From Macrostomum lignano (taxonomy: Eukaryota): a stretch of DNA of 64,000 nt. The stretch is taken from positions 1-64,000 of the forward strand of contig NIVC01002351.1 of the NCBI GenBank assembly GCA_002269645.1, in the 5' to 3' direction. A program made the translations under genes and the position numbers. Shown here piece after piece: positions 38,494 through 58,759 of the stretch. How positions within the stretch are numbered: the stretch's first letter is position 1; every line of letters begins with the position of its first letter. The notes under the pieces are model-generated. The model saw only the letters and a list, made by a program, of their open reading frames with translations. It did not search any database and was not told where the DNA came from.

Positions 38494-39595
38494 TTACAGA
38501 TTGAGGAGAAATAAGTTAACAGAACAGCATAGCCTTTTGAAATTAAGGAGTCTGGAGGATGCATCCTTGAAATACGACCAAATCAGTTGTCAACATCTTA
38601 ATACACGACACTAGCTACCAGTGGTTGACACTCTTCTGGCAGTGTCAACAACTTACAAGCAACACTAGCAGTGGCTCGTCACTCTCTCCTGGCACAATGT
38701 CAAACAACTTACTAAGCAACACTACCAATGGCTCGTCACTCTCTCCTGACACAATGTCAAACAACTTACTAAGCAACACTACCAATGGCTCGTCACTCTC
38801 TCCTGACACAATGTCAAACAACTTACTAAGCAACACTATCAGTGGCTCGTCACTCTCTCCTGATACAATGTCAAACAACTTACTAAGCAACACTACCAAT
38901 GGCTCGTCACTCTCTCCTGACACAATGTCAAACAACTTACTAAGCAACACTATCAGTGGCTCGTCACTCTCTCCTGATACAATGTCAAACAACTTACTAA
39001 GCAACACTATCAGTGGCTCGTCACTCTCTCCTGACACAATGTCAAACAACTTACTAAGCAACACTACCAATGGCTCGTCCCTCTCTCCTGGCACAATGTC
39101 AAACAACTTACTAAGCAACACCAGCAGTGGCTCGTCACTCTCTCCTGGCACAATGTCGCTCACAGACGGCGCCATATATGATTCTGTGCATTGATAATCA
39201 CAGTCAGAAGTTGCGACACCAGTCGAGTCAATGTTGCCGGCACCTGTGTCAATATCGCTGTCGCTTTCATCGCTGTCCCTATTGTGGCTGGATGCCTGCG
39301 GCACCATTGGACTCCATTGAGTTTGATAGGCATCCTTAGAACTTCCGTTAGTTGAAATGAATCGCTTCTTTCTTGGCACGTTTACGTTTGCCTCAGATTC
39401 TTAAGATAAAAGGTAAGGGATGATTAATTATTTTTTTACTAAATGAGCACTTTATTTTTATCAGAGTTTAGAGGGTGTTTCAAATTTTATATAATATATA
39501 CATACCATCATCTAGACTTGATGACGTCAAGGATGATGGATTGGGACTTCCTGCACGCCTCATTGACACAACTTGGTCTATAGAGAATTGCTGTC
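38494..39595 (-). CDS. 3' part of an unidentified gene (acidic/Ser-rich, PRKKR NLS-like, 19-aa repeats); 5' end not found
   Basis: Phase-consistent exons 39595-39506 (TTGCAG|...|GTATGT), 39399-38657 (TCTTAAG|...|GTAAGT) and a possible terminal exon 38565-38494. No homology recognised. Confidence 0.5.
38650..39160. repeat. 57-bp tandem repeat, 9 units, open on both strands (DIVSGESDEPLIVLLSKLF on minus)
   Basis: ACTTAC recurs every 57 bp from 38651 to 39106. Confidence 0.95.
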
Positions 39596-42209
39596 CTGCA
39601 ATTAGAAACAAACTTTTTCTAAGAAGATTGGTGAATTTATTTTTTTATCTTAATAATCAATAAGTAACATAACAAAAAATAATATGTCTATCAATACATT
39701 TAATAACGAAATTAGCCCACTGCTTATTAATATGAAAAACTTGAATATAAACTCGTGACTTTAATAATCAAAATTATCATGCAAACTGCGCCAAGTTGTA
39801 GAGGGCTTCTGACTATACAAAATAAATTAAATTAGCTTGTAAATTAAAATGGGATAAATTAAAAAAATGTTTCTTGTCCCTACTTTTTGATCAATTCTAT
39901 TTACATGTAAGAGGTCAAGCATTTATCTTCAACTTAAAAGAAATGACATCGTTTTTTATTTTTTTATAATTTATAATTATATTTTTATCAATCATATTAT
40001 TTGTTAGCTGTCAGCCCAAGATTGCTATTGTAACTGATATGAATATATATTGACAAGTTTGTAAGTAAGCTATTGCAGATGCAAATAAAAATCAATAGTT
40101 AATAAAATATTTAGCTACTGATAGTTGTTCACATTTATTGTAACTTTTTGTTTTATAAATTATGAATCTTAAGAACATTTTTTGCTATAGCTAATAATTT
40201 CTAGTGTAGTATCATGAGTCCTGAAAGATTTTTTCATTATCTTGAGAAATTAAACATAGTATTCTGTTCTTTATAGTTCTTTAATAAAACCTAATAAATT
40301 AAACATAACTGACTCCAACTTATTCTAAATTTTCTAATGATTTTTTCTTTTCAACAACAACTACACCACTGCACTTGGTATTAAATTTTAGAACTGCTTA
40401 TTATTTTTCATATTTTTCATAAATTTCATTCTGGCAATGTCTTTAATTAAACGTGAAATTTATTTACATCTTTAACTAAAAAATTCTACGATTATGTTAT
40501 GTCACATATATTCTAAATATTTCTATAATTTCCTGAAAAGCTAGCAGTTTTTGATGAGCAGAACAAAAGTAAAACATATTTACACTTAGAAAAGAAGGCA
40601 GAGAAAATCAATGGAGTGTTCTGGAAATTAGCGAAAAATCGATCTAAGAATACTAAAATGAAATAAAGCTTAAACTAAATTTGAAAACAAAAGTTTCTGT
40701 CGAATGTATATATTTCACGATTATTTGTTACAGCATGTTGACTAATGCCGAAGTCAACGTGAGCTCACAGAGTAAGTCTCGACTCGAGTAGTCTGGCTGG
40801 CTACCAGTCTAGCAGCTTACAAGTGCGTGCGAAAACTTTTTAAAAATATTTAAACGTTAATTCCACTTAAACTAGGTAAAACAAAAATATATCAATTTAA
40901 GTACTCCCAGTTCGTTTGAAAGAATTATATGCTTTATATTTAAATATAAAACTACTAGATACTAAAAATTCTAAGGTAGAAACTTTTACATCAAATAAAC
41001 TATCAACACAGTTTCATGTACATGTGCGAATTAAAGCTGTGCTTTAAGAACTTAGTCATCCGATCCACTTACAGCTCTAATTTTTGGTTGTAGATAGCTA
41101 TTAGATATTTTAGCCGAGAACTCGTTGCCAAATATGTTTATTTCATTCTCTTTGCATTTCCAGAATCCTCTATGTACACTTTTGGATTTCTACATGTATA
41201 GCTTCCACATTTTTAACGAAAATATGAGAAACAATGTGAATAAGAAATAAGAAATATGTCAGAAATATAAGAAAAAGGTTATGCCAAAGTTTGCTGAATA
41301 GTTCAAATTAGCTACATGTGCTAACCCCCACACAGCTAGCGCTCGCGCCGTTGTAGAAAGCGCATCGCTTTCCGTTGGCGTGACTTTCGAAGACGCGCTC
41401 AGCCCTGATTGCTTAAAAGAGGCTGAAAAAGAGAAGAAAAATAAACAAAGCTGAGTAGGCAGAGAGCATTACATGTACAAGAATTAAAGTGGATATATTT
41501 TTATCGCAGCTATAATGGCATATACGAGCGTATGACGTACAATAAAAGCTATATGGACAGTTGCTGGGGAACCACCCAGTTCCCATCTGTGTACTTGAGA
41601 CTTGCTTCTGCACTCGGGTGCCCATGCAATGCAACCGCCTCTTTCTCAAACGCACTTCGTACTCTCTAGACCCGACAATAGGCATATAAGCTTGAAAACT
41701 TTGAGCCCGCACAATTGGCAGGTGTTGGGGCGCGCAAGGGCGGAGACACCTCGGGAAGACATGCGGCAGCAGCTGCGTTTGATGTGCACGGTACCCGCCT
41801 CTCCTCCCTCTCTTAGCCACCTCAGCCCTTCCTCTGTTACTCTGCCCCGCTTTTCTCTTGCTCAGCAACTGTCTTTCTCTACACTCTATCCTTCTCTCTC
41901 TCCTTTTCACCTTCCCTTCCCTGTCGGTCCCGTCAATGTGTACATCCGAGTACAGCTTTCTGGACCGTGACTCAATAGGGAGAGACGAAGTCGGAAGCAA
42001 GCGAGAGCAAAGCAGCAGCTCACTCTGTCCTAAACCTCCAACGCTCTATCTAGACTGGCCCAGCCTTGCCCTCTTTCTATATACTTTTCTTGCATAAGCG
42101 CAGCAGACACACTTAACGCTGAGCAGCCGGTCAATTGCCATATCTATATTCGCGGCTATAATAAACTATCCAATAAATAACTGCCCTACTGAAAGCTTGT
42201 TGGAATCTC

Positions 42210-42443
42210 ATGAGTGATAAGGCAGCGGCAGCAGCAGCAAAGGACAGCGCTAACAGTCAACAGGGTCAGGGCAACTCCGAAGCTAGGAACAGCGGCCAAG
42301 CAGACAAACACCGACGATCGTCAGCTGATCGGAGGAGCACCGCCTCCTCGCGAGACAGCAGTCGGGAGAGGCCGATGTGCCTCTACGACTGGCTCTTTTA
42401 CATCTGCTCGTGCAAGTGCTGCAAAAAGAATCGAGACGATTAA
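42210..42443 (+). CDS. 77-aa ORF with a Cys-rich C-terminus (YICSCKCCKK), in frame with the downstream 616-aa ORF
   Basis: ATG 42210, TAA 42441-42443, same frame as ATG 42465; TATA-like CTATAAT near 42156. Confidence 0.55.
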   Translation: MSDKAAAAAAKDSANSQQGQGNSEARNSGQADKHRRSSADRRSTASSRDSSRERPMCLYDWLFYICSCKCCKKNRDD

Positions 42444-42464
42444 AAGTTTAACAGGCAAGCTAAC

Positions 42465-44315
42465 ATGTTAAACGGACGCGGTCAACTGTCCTTATCGAGC
42501 CCTAAGCGTGACAGCTGGTCATCATCCGGTGATACCAGCTACTATGACGCCAGAGACCAACTCACTGGCGACGAGCTTGAAGCAGACGAAGCCAATGCTG
42601 GGAGATACAACGCGGCGCTAAGCGTAGTTGACACGTCGCGGGACTTACAAAATGCGCACGACAGAGCCACAGCCTATTACGACAACACAGCCTATCTCCA
42701 TGACAACGGTCCCGTAGCTACTAAGAGTCTAGCAAGCAGTGATGGCACTCTGAAAGGCACTTTCTACAAGAAGAAAAAGATGTTCCAACGAAACAAGAAG
42801 AACCAGTTACCAGCGCACCTGAGAGCTGAGACAAACATAGATTCTACAACAACCGGAGGGGAGGATGAAAGTGCCGCACCTGGCGTTGAAGTAGAAGAGA
42901 CTGACGACGACTTCGGTTTTAAATACCGGCCATCGATACCGCCGCCAAGGCCGCTGATTCAGTCTGCACCATCCGTTGGCCTGACTCTCGAAGACACGCT
43001 CAGCATGAAGCGATCGGACCGCCCAGCAACTGCCGCGCATCCAGTAGGCTTCCCTAACGGCGGCGCAGAGATCCGCAGCAGCGGAATCCTGCTGGAAACC
43101 AACATCGACTCCGAATTGGACGACAACTCTTCAATCCCGTCATCGTACTACCCTGATCAGATGAAGCGACCCGAACAACAGTCCCAGCAACAGCTACAAA
43201 GCTCTCACCATGACGGTCAACCGGGCATTTCTCAGCCATACGTTCGACCGCCTCCAGCCGTGGTGCCCATGGTGCCATTTCATTTCAACACCGCCGTTCG
43301 CGAAGAGGATGAGGATACAGATGCCACCGCGGCCGTGGAAGATGACGACGAAAACTCTTCTGGGACGACACCCGCCGGCTTCCACGAGGAGGTACCTCGA
43401 ATGGCATCAGGCAGCGGCTGGAGTCCATACTCTCCGGTGTCTCCAAGCGGAACCGTCATAGAAAACGGAGTGCCGCAGCACAAGTTTGCTCCGTCTCCTT
43501 TCAAATCGCCCGCGGCCACGTCAATGACCATATCGGCTCAGTCGCAGGCTGGCAGGAGTCCGCATCAGTACCCTGGCCCGGCGCCACCTCGGATGATGGC
43601 GCGGTTAGATACAGATTTTGAAGTGAGCTCAGACGAAATGGACTTCACAGAGACGACGCCGGGAGACATGGCTATTCTGGAGTATTCCAGAGCCTTGGAG
43701 GAGGCCGAGCGAATGCGCCACATCGCCGGTGGTAACTACGTATTCGCTAAGCCTCCAGCCTCGCAGTTGACCAACTCAGTGCCCGATTTCATCAATTACT
43801 CGGGTCGCTACGCGAGCAACATCACCGGCTCCGTGGGAATTCGGGCCAAGTCGATGAACACGCTCACAGCGTCGCGCAGCTCCCTGCACAGCAGCGGCGT
43901 CAGCGGCAAAGAACTACTGACGCCAGGCAGGGCCAGACGGGCCTCCCTGCGCAGGAGTCGCTTGGGTCTGGAGCCCGGCGGCGGCGTCTACACCATCCCG
44001 GTTTTTGACGACTCCAACCCGACTCTGGTGTCCGGCAACAGTCAAACTAACTTTGCAGGGCCGAGGCACTTGCCGGGAGAGTTCGACGAACCGACGGTAC
44101 CCGAGGTACAGCATCACGGACCAGTGCGGTCGAGCAAGCAGATGAGCTGCCTGGAACGATGCGACAATGTCTGCTGTCCGAACACGCCGCGTAGGCTACT
44201 GGTCCGGTATCTGCTCATTGCCGGCATCTGCGTCTGCTGCGTCCTGCTGGGTGTAGCGGTGGCGGTTATTGTCATCAGCACCAGGCCAAAGACGGATAAT
44301 ACCAGCGGCGCCTAG
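42465..44315 (+). CDS. Hypothetical disordered protein with a single C-terminal transmembrane helix (tail-anchored-like)
   Basis: Non-repetitive 616-aa ORF rich in S/P/E/D; C-terminal YLLIAGICVCCVLLGVAVAVIVIST preceded by a Cys cluster. Confidence 0.8.
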   Translation: MLNGRGQLSLSSPKRDSWSSSGDTSYYDARDQLTGDELEADEANAGRYNAALSVVDTSRDLQNAHDRATAYYDNTAYLHDNGPVATKSLASSDGTLKGTFYKKKKMFQRNKKNQLPAHLRAETNIDSTTTGGEDESAAPGVEVEETDDDFGFKYRPSIPPPRPLIQSAPSVGLTLEDTLSMKRSDRPATAAHPVGFPNGGAEIRSSGILLETNIDSELDDNSSIPSSYYPDQMKRPEQQSQQQLQSSHHDGQPGISQPYVRPPPAVVPMVPFHFNTAVREEDEDTDATAAVEDDDENSSGTTPAGFHEEVPRMASGSGWSPYSPVSPSGTVIENGVPQHKFAPSPFKSPAATSMTISAQSQAGRSPHQYPGPAPPRMMARLDTDFEVSSDEMDFTETTPGDMAILEYSRALEEAERMRHIAGGNYVFAKPPASQLTNSVPDFINYSGRYASNITGSVGIRAKSMNTLTASRSSLHSSGVSGKELLTPGRARRASLRRSRLGLEPGGGVYTIPVFDDSNPTLVSGNSQTNFAGPRHLPGEFDEPTVPEVQHHGPVRSSKQMSCLERCDNVCCPNTPRRLLVRYLLIAGICVCCVLLGVAVAVIVISTRPKTDNTSGA

Positions 44316-44931
44316 CGCTCTGCTGATCAATCAATCACTTGAAGTGTTTCCTTTCCATTTTGCGTGTCTGCAAGTAGCTCAAAATCCTGCAAAATGCATT
44401 AATATTGTTATTATATTACTGGCTGAGCAGTTAAAAGAGCACATGCTGATGAGCTCGCCGCAAAAAAAGTGTCAATGCTCTTCAAATTGAAGTTAAACGA
44501 CTGTCATTGTTACACGTAAAGACTTCTTCTTACCTGTGTCATTTTGCTGGCTTCAAAACAATTTCTGTGATGCATTGGAAATACTTCTTTTTACCTTACT
44601 TGGATAGCGTTGAAAGCTACCTTTTTGTTTATCTGTTTTGTACAGCTTCGCGTTTTTCCTGACCAAAAAGTAGCTCTTGTACTTTAAAACTGAGCGAAAT
44701 TTTTCATGACACGATCTTTTCGCTTTTGCTATTTTGTAGTTCATATGTCTACTCTTTGTTGCTTGTACTTTTTGTCAAATATTCCTGAAAATCTTATATC
44801 ATATATCTATTAATAGGATTTTAGCTCATTATTTACAAAAAGTTAGAATAGTTGTTTCAGCTTCCAAGGCAAAATATAATCAGAATCGTCTTTAATATTT
44901 GGGCTTAAAGTCTACCAATAGTTACATGTTC

Positions 44932-45062
44932 CTATCCTTCCTTCCTTCCTTCCTTCCTTCCTTCCTTCCTTCCTTACTTCCTTCCTTACTTCCGTCCTTC
45001 CTTCCTTCCTTCCTTCCTTCCTTCCTTCCTTCCTTCCTTCCTTCCTTCCTTCCTTCCTTCTT
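44932..45062. repeat. (TTCC)n microsatellite
   Basis: Read directly. Confidence 0.95.
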
Positions 45063-45849
45063 TTCCCCCATTCATCAAAATCTTCTTCCTCCAAACACTT
45101 CAACGGGTGACAGACTGTTAGTTACCGATTTTATCATCAAATTATTATTGAAATATTATCGTAATCGAATTGCAAAGTGAAGGGCAAATCTGTACATGGG
45201 AATAAAAGTTTTTGATAGTTGAATGCGCAGCTGCGACAGGAACTGTATTCGCCAGAGTTCAATAGAAAAGCATGCCAAAATATCGGAGATCAGGTTGTTA
45301 AAATCCGAAATTCATGAATAGTAAATGCTTATACTTACATGTAACAAGCAACAGTAAACATATTATATTTAGATAGTAGTTTGCAGCCAGACAATGCACC
45401 CTCTGACCTTTTGAGGAATTGGCTCTAATGAGTGTGAATTACACAATAATTCATTAACAAGACCAATCAGACAAAAATTTTGTTCATATCCTCACTGAGC
45501 AGAATTATTGCTCAAGTAGTTTTTGCATTGACAACTGCAGGAAAATATCGATATCTTCTTTTAAAATGAAACAAGATCAAATTCGTGAATGTATAGTCAA
45601 GCAAAGTAGCAAAGTGATGAGGACGACTTTTTGGGGCAGAGCTATAAGTCTGACCTCTGACACCATTCTGTGCATGTATATCGAAGCCAACAGATAAACT
45701 AGGGAGAATATTGCATATCAAGCATCAGTCGTCAGTCAAATTGATAAAGATGTCAATCAAGTTGATGATTCTACTCAAATCGGCACCCAGTGTAAAAATC
45801 AATTAAATCAAAGAGTCAAGACACTAAAAGTTCAGGACAAGCATGAGGC

Positions 45850-46735
45850 TCGGACACAGAAATCGGACACAGACACAGCAATCGGACACAGACACAGCAA
45901 TCGGACACAGACACAGCAATCGGACACAGACACAGCAATTGGACACAGACACAGCAATCGGACACAGACACAGGAATCGGACACAGACACAGGAATCGGA
46001 CACAGACACAGGAATCGGACACTAACACAGCAATTGGACACAGACACAGCAATCGGACACAGACACAGCAATCAGACACAGACACAGCAATCAGACACAG
46101 ACAAAGCTATCGGACACAGACACAGCAATCAGACACAGACACAGCAATCGGACACAGACGCAGCAATCGGACACAGACACAGCTATCGGACACAGACACA
46201 GCAATCGGACACAGACACAACAATCGGACACAGACACAGCAATCGGACACAGACACAGCAATCGGACACTAACACAGCAATCGGACACAGACACAGCAAT
46301 CGGACACAGACACAGCAATTGGGCACAGACACAGCAATCGGGCACAGACACAGCAATCGGACACAGACGCAGCAATCGGACACAGACACAGCAATCGGAC
46401 ACAGACACAGCAATCGGACACAGACACAGCAATCGGACACAGACACAGGAATCTAACACAGACACAACAATCGGACACAGACACAACAATCGGACACAGA
46501 CACAACAATCGGACACAGACACAACAATCGGACACAGACACAACAATCGGACACAGACACAGCAATCGGACACAGACACAGGAATCTAACACAGACACAA
46601 CAATCGGACACAGACACAACAATCGGACACAGACACAGCAATCGGACACAGACACAGGAATCTAACACAGACACAGCAATCGGACACAGACACAGCAATC
46701 GGACACAGACACAGGAATCTAACACAGACACAGGT
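45850..46735. repeat. 19-bp minisatellite (CGGACACAGACACAGCAAT)
   Basis: Read directly. Confidence 0.96.
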
Positions 46736-46894
46736 CATATTTTGCGACAAAACTATAGTAAGCATTGTTAAAATAAAAAATTCACAATTTTTGCTACGTC
46801 CTTCTTAATCCTTAATCCTACTGTAAGTAGTCTGTTGATTTTCATAGTAGTAGTATAAGATAATAAAATCTCCTAAAAAGATGCGAGTAAACAA

Positions 46895-53144
<6,250 letters not shown>

Positions 53145-53552
53145 CTGCAATGGAAAGATTAAATCTGTAATAATTCGAGTCTACGAGTCAGCTTCATCTT
53201 CATCGTTAGACACAACGACGGATTAATAGTGAAAATGCAGCTATGGTTATGAAAATATGCAGACAAAAGTATTTAAGTGCAGACGCACTCGCTCAGTCTA
53301 TATTTTAAAGGAAATTATACTCTTACTCCATTTCAAATTCCATAGAAATAAAAAGCTATTTGCTTCAGACTAGATCAAGGATATTAAGTAAAGGCCCTTT
53401 AAGTCCCACAAGGACTCTTGACTAAAATGAAGGGGTTACTGAGCACAGTAATAAGAGTAAACACTACATTTAGAGCTCATGAACCTAAGAACAGCATTTG
53501 GCATCACCCCAGCCAGGTGCAATGAGGTAGAAATAGGGTTTGTCTAAGCATG

Positions 53553-54680
<1,128 letters not shown>

Positions 54681-55164
54681 GCCAGCCTTAGCCAGTGCCA
54701 GTTTGTCACAGTTGGCCATAAATTTACCACCGCGGCTGCAGGGCAGTCTCCAGCCAGGGCCATAAAATGTGCACATTTTGCATAGCCGGCAGCTTCGCTC
54801 CGCAGCAAGTTGATGCAAAATATTTGATATGCCGCATTGGTGGGGGGGGGGGCGGCTCAGGACTCAACTGCCCCCCCCCCTGCTCAATAATGCCTAATAA
54901 GATATTCCGCTTCTGGCCCTCCCACTGCGCGATTCACCCAGTCGCTGATCAGGGCCGGCATCCTGTTTCAGCCGTGCCCTGAGCTCAGCCAAAGAGACTG
55001 CGGCACAGGAGCGGTCGGCGACTTCGCCCTTAACCGCGGGCTGTAAAATATTTAGGACTTCTCTGCTTTACGATCCGGCAAAATAAACTTGTGCTTTAAA
55101 CTGAATTGGGGCTGGCGTGGCTGACCGGACGATGCAGTCACTTTGTGTATAGCGCTGAACTACA

Positions 55165-55817
55165 CGTTCTCATTCTCATTCTCAGTCTCATTCTCATTCT
55201 CATTCTCATTTTCATTCTCATACTCATTCTCATTCTCATTCTCATTCTCATTCTCATTCTCATTCTCATTCTCATTCTCATTCTCATTCTCATTCTCATT
55301 CTCATTCTCATTCTCATTCTCATTCTCATTCTCATTCTCATTCTCAATCTCATTCTCATTCTCACTTTCATTCTCATTCTCATTTTCACTCTCATTCTCA
55401 TTCTCATTCTCATTCTCACTCTCATTTTCATTCTCATTTTCATTCTCATTTTCATTCTCATTCTCATTTTCACTGTTATTCTCACTCTCATTCTCATTCT
55501 CATTCTCATTCTCATTCTCATTCTCACTCTCATTTTCATTCTCACTCTCATTTTCATTCTCATTCTCACTCTCATTCTCACTCTCATTTTCATTCTCATT
55601 CTCATTCTCATTCTCATTCTCATTTTCATTCTCACTCTCATTCTCATTCTCATTCTCATTCTCATTCTCATTCTCATTCTCATTCTCATTCTCATTCTCA
55701 TTCTCATTCTCATTCTCGTTCTCATTCTCATTCTCATTCTCATTCTCATTCTCATTCTCATTCTCATTCTCATTCTCATTCTCATTCTCATTCTCATTCT
55801 CACTCTCATTCTCATTC
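55165..55817. repeat. (CTCATT)n hexamer array
   Basis: Read directly. Confidence 0.97.
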
Positions 55818-56514
55818 CTACCCCCCTGACAGCCCCAGCCTCACACGCAAGTTAACCAAGTTAGTGCCTCAGAAGCTCCCACACGTCGCCCCCTCAGTTT
55901 AGCAAGTAGTGGACCCGTGCAAATCCAGGCTAGCAGGCCTGCGCAAGGGCGAGAATAAAAATGCAAATCAAGGGACACAGCAGAAAATCAAGGCGGCAAC
56001 AAGCGGATGAAGAAGAAGACTTATGATGAAGTAAAAAGATTGCAGGACTCTACCAGTCTGCCCAGCTCCCCAATCAGCGGTGGACCGAGGTCAGAAAGTC
56101 AGCTAGTACCCTCGGCATCGAAGGGCTGAGAAACTCGGACAATTCCCCATGGACCTTCGGTTGACAAGCCGGGCCTCATCGGGTGACTGGCGAGCCCCCT
56201 GAGCAGCTGAGAAAGCCAGCAGCCTGCTTCAATCAGAGTCTCCTGGAAGAAGCAAAACGCACAATTAATTATGTGAGTGCGTTCTGTCGGGCTTCTAGGA
56301 CAGGGGGGGGGGGGTGACAGAACTGAGACTGAGACTTTGGCAACCGAATCCCATGGGCGTTTGAAAATTCGAATTTTGCTCTGAAAGTTGATAGCGAACT
56401 GAGCATCCTGTGCAGCTTTCACTTAGCACAGGAGTTTACAATTGCAGTCCATCATAATGCCTTTGCATGCACTTTTATGGTCTATTGTAATAACTCATTT
56501 TGTTTAAACTCTTC

Positions 56515-58050
56515 CTCACTGTCTCACTCCCTCACTCCCTCACGCCCTCACTCCCTCACTCCCTCACGCCCTCACTGCCTCACTCCCTCACTCCCTCACT
56601 CCCTCACTCCCTCACTCCCTCACTCCCTCACTCCCTCACTCCCTCACTCCCTCACTCCCTCACTCCCTCACTCCCTCACTCCCTCACTCCCTCACTCCCT
56701 CACTCCCTCACTCCCTCACTCCCTCACTCCCTCACTCCCTCACTCCCTCACTCCCTCACTCCCTCACTCCCTCACTCCCTCACTCCCTCACTCCCTCACT
56801 CTCTCACTACCTCATCACCTCACTCCCTCACTCCCTCACTCCCTCACTCCCTCACTCCCTCACTCCCTCACTCCCTTACTCCCTCACTCCCTCACTCCCT
56901 CACTCCCTCACTCTCTCACTACCTCATCACCTCACTCCCTCACTCCCTCACTCCCTCACTCCCTCACTCCCTCACTCCCTCACTCCCTCACTCCCTCACT
57001 CCCTCACTCCCTCACTCCCTCACTCCCTCACTCCCTCACTCCCTCACTCCCTCACTCCCTCACTCCCTCACTCCCTCACTCCCTCACTCCCTCACTCCCT
57101 CACTCCCTCACTCCCTCACTCCCTCACTCCCTCACTCCCTCACTCCCTCACTCCCTCACTCCCTCACTCCCTCACTCCCTCACTCCCTCACTCCCTCACG
57201 CCCTCACTCCCTCACTCCCTCACTCCCTCACTCCCTCACGCCCTCACTCCCTCACTCCCTCACTCCCTCACTCCCTCACTCCCCACGCCCTCACTCCCTC
57301 ACTCCCTCACTCCCTCACTCTCTCACTACCTCATCACCTCACTCCCTCACTCCCTCACTCCCTCACTCCCTCACTCCCTCACTCCCTCACTCCCTCACTC
57401 CCTCACTCCCTCACTCCCTCACTCTCTCACTACCTCATCACCTCACTCCCTCACTCTCTCACTACCTCATCACCTCACTCCCTCACTCCCTCACTCCCTC
57501 ACTCCCTCACTCCCTCACTCCCTCACTCCCTTACTCCCTCACTCCCTCACTCCCTCACTCCCTCACTCTCTCACTACCTCATCACCTCACTCCCTCACTC
57601 CCTCACTCCCTCACTCCCTCACTCCCTCACTCCCTCACTCCCTCACTCCCTCACTCCCTCACTCCCTCACTCCCTCACTCCCTCACTCCCTCACTCCCTC
57701 ACTCCCTCACTCCCTCACTCCCTCACTCCCTCACTCCCTCACTCCCTCACTCCCTCACTCCCTCACTCCCTCACTCCCTCACTCCCTCACTCCCTCACTC
57801 CCTCACTCCCTCACTCCCTCACTCCCTCACTCCCTCACTCCCTCACTCCCTCACTCCCTCACTCCCTCACTCCCTCACTCCCTCACTCCCTCTCTCCCTC
57901 ACTCCCTCACTCCCTCACTCCCTCACGCCCTCACTCCCTCACTCCCTCACTCCCTCACTCCCTCACTCCCTCACTCCCTCACTCTCTCACTACCTCACCA
58001 CCTCACTCCCTCACTCTCTCACTACCGCACCACCTCACTCCCTCACTCCT
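56515..58050. repeat. (CTCACTCC)n octamer array
   Basis: Read directly. Confidence 0.97.
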
Positions 58051-58759
58051 TGGTGCTTTGGCACGGCAGTCAGATACATTCATGCCACTTTCTCTTTGAC
58101 AAAAACATTTAGTTTTTTCGGCAAAATACTACAAATTCTAACACTACATGTATATATGGAACTGAATGACAGGAAAGAAAGGTTTTGTTGCTGAAAATTC
58201 CCTACATAGAAACTTATAAAAACCCGACTGTTCTATACATTAAAACCTGCCGGAGACTCTGAGCGCAAAAAATAGAGAGGAAAAACGCGTACAGACTTTA
58301 GTGTTAACCGGAGCGGTTAGACAAGGCTGAGCTGCCGGATTCTCAGTGTCATAAAAACTGAATGACAGACTGTCAGGGAACAGGAGCGCCTGGGGCTTAG
58401 CGGTTTGGTTATACCCGATTCTGCTGCCCGCCAAAACCCACCACGTCAACATGTGTGCTTCACTTTCCCACTCAAACATTCTCTCTGCATGGCAGTTGTC
58501 AGGAATAGCGAGAGCGATTACGCAACGTGCCAAGGGAGGTGTCTGGGGGGGGGGATTCGAGGTCACGGAGCTCTGAGCTCTAAACCCGCTGCTTTGCTTT
58601 TAACAGACAGGCAAAGCTGGCAAGTGTCCAACTTCATTAAGCTTGCTTGCCAGGCTCAGTTGAGCTTCTTTTGAAACAGTCGAATAGCTTTGAGAATACA
58701 AATCAACTTCATGGCTTATGAACAGGCTCTAAAACCTAGATCTTTTCTATCCGGATTGT

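Noticed and set aside
41413-42097. Overlapping ORFs on both strands
   Set aside because: CT-rich low-complexity sequence; no motifs or splice support.
54690-54818. YGPGWRLPC segment as the missing first half of Ig1
   Set aside because: Available donors are phase 1, whereas exon 53144 needs phase 0.
58240-58566. 108-aa ORF as a 5' exon of the Ig gene
   Set aside because: No Ig A/B-strand Cys pattern or signal peptide; weak splice sites.
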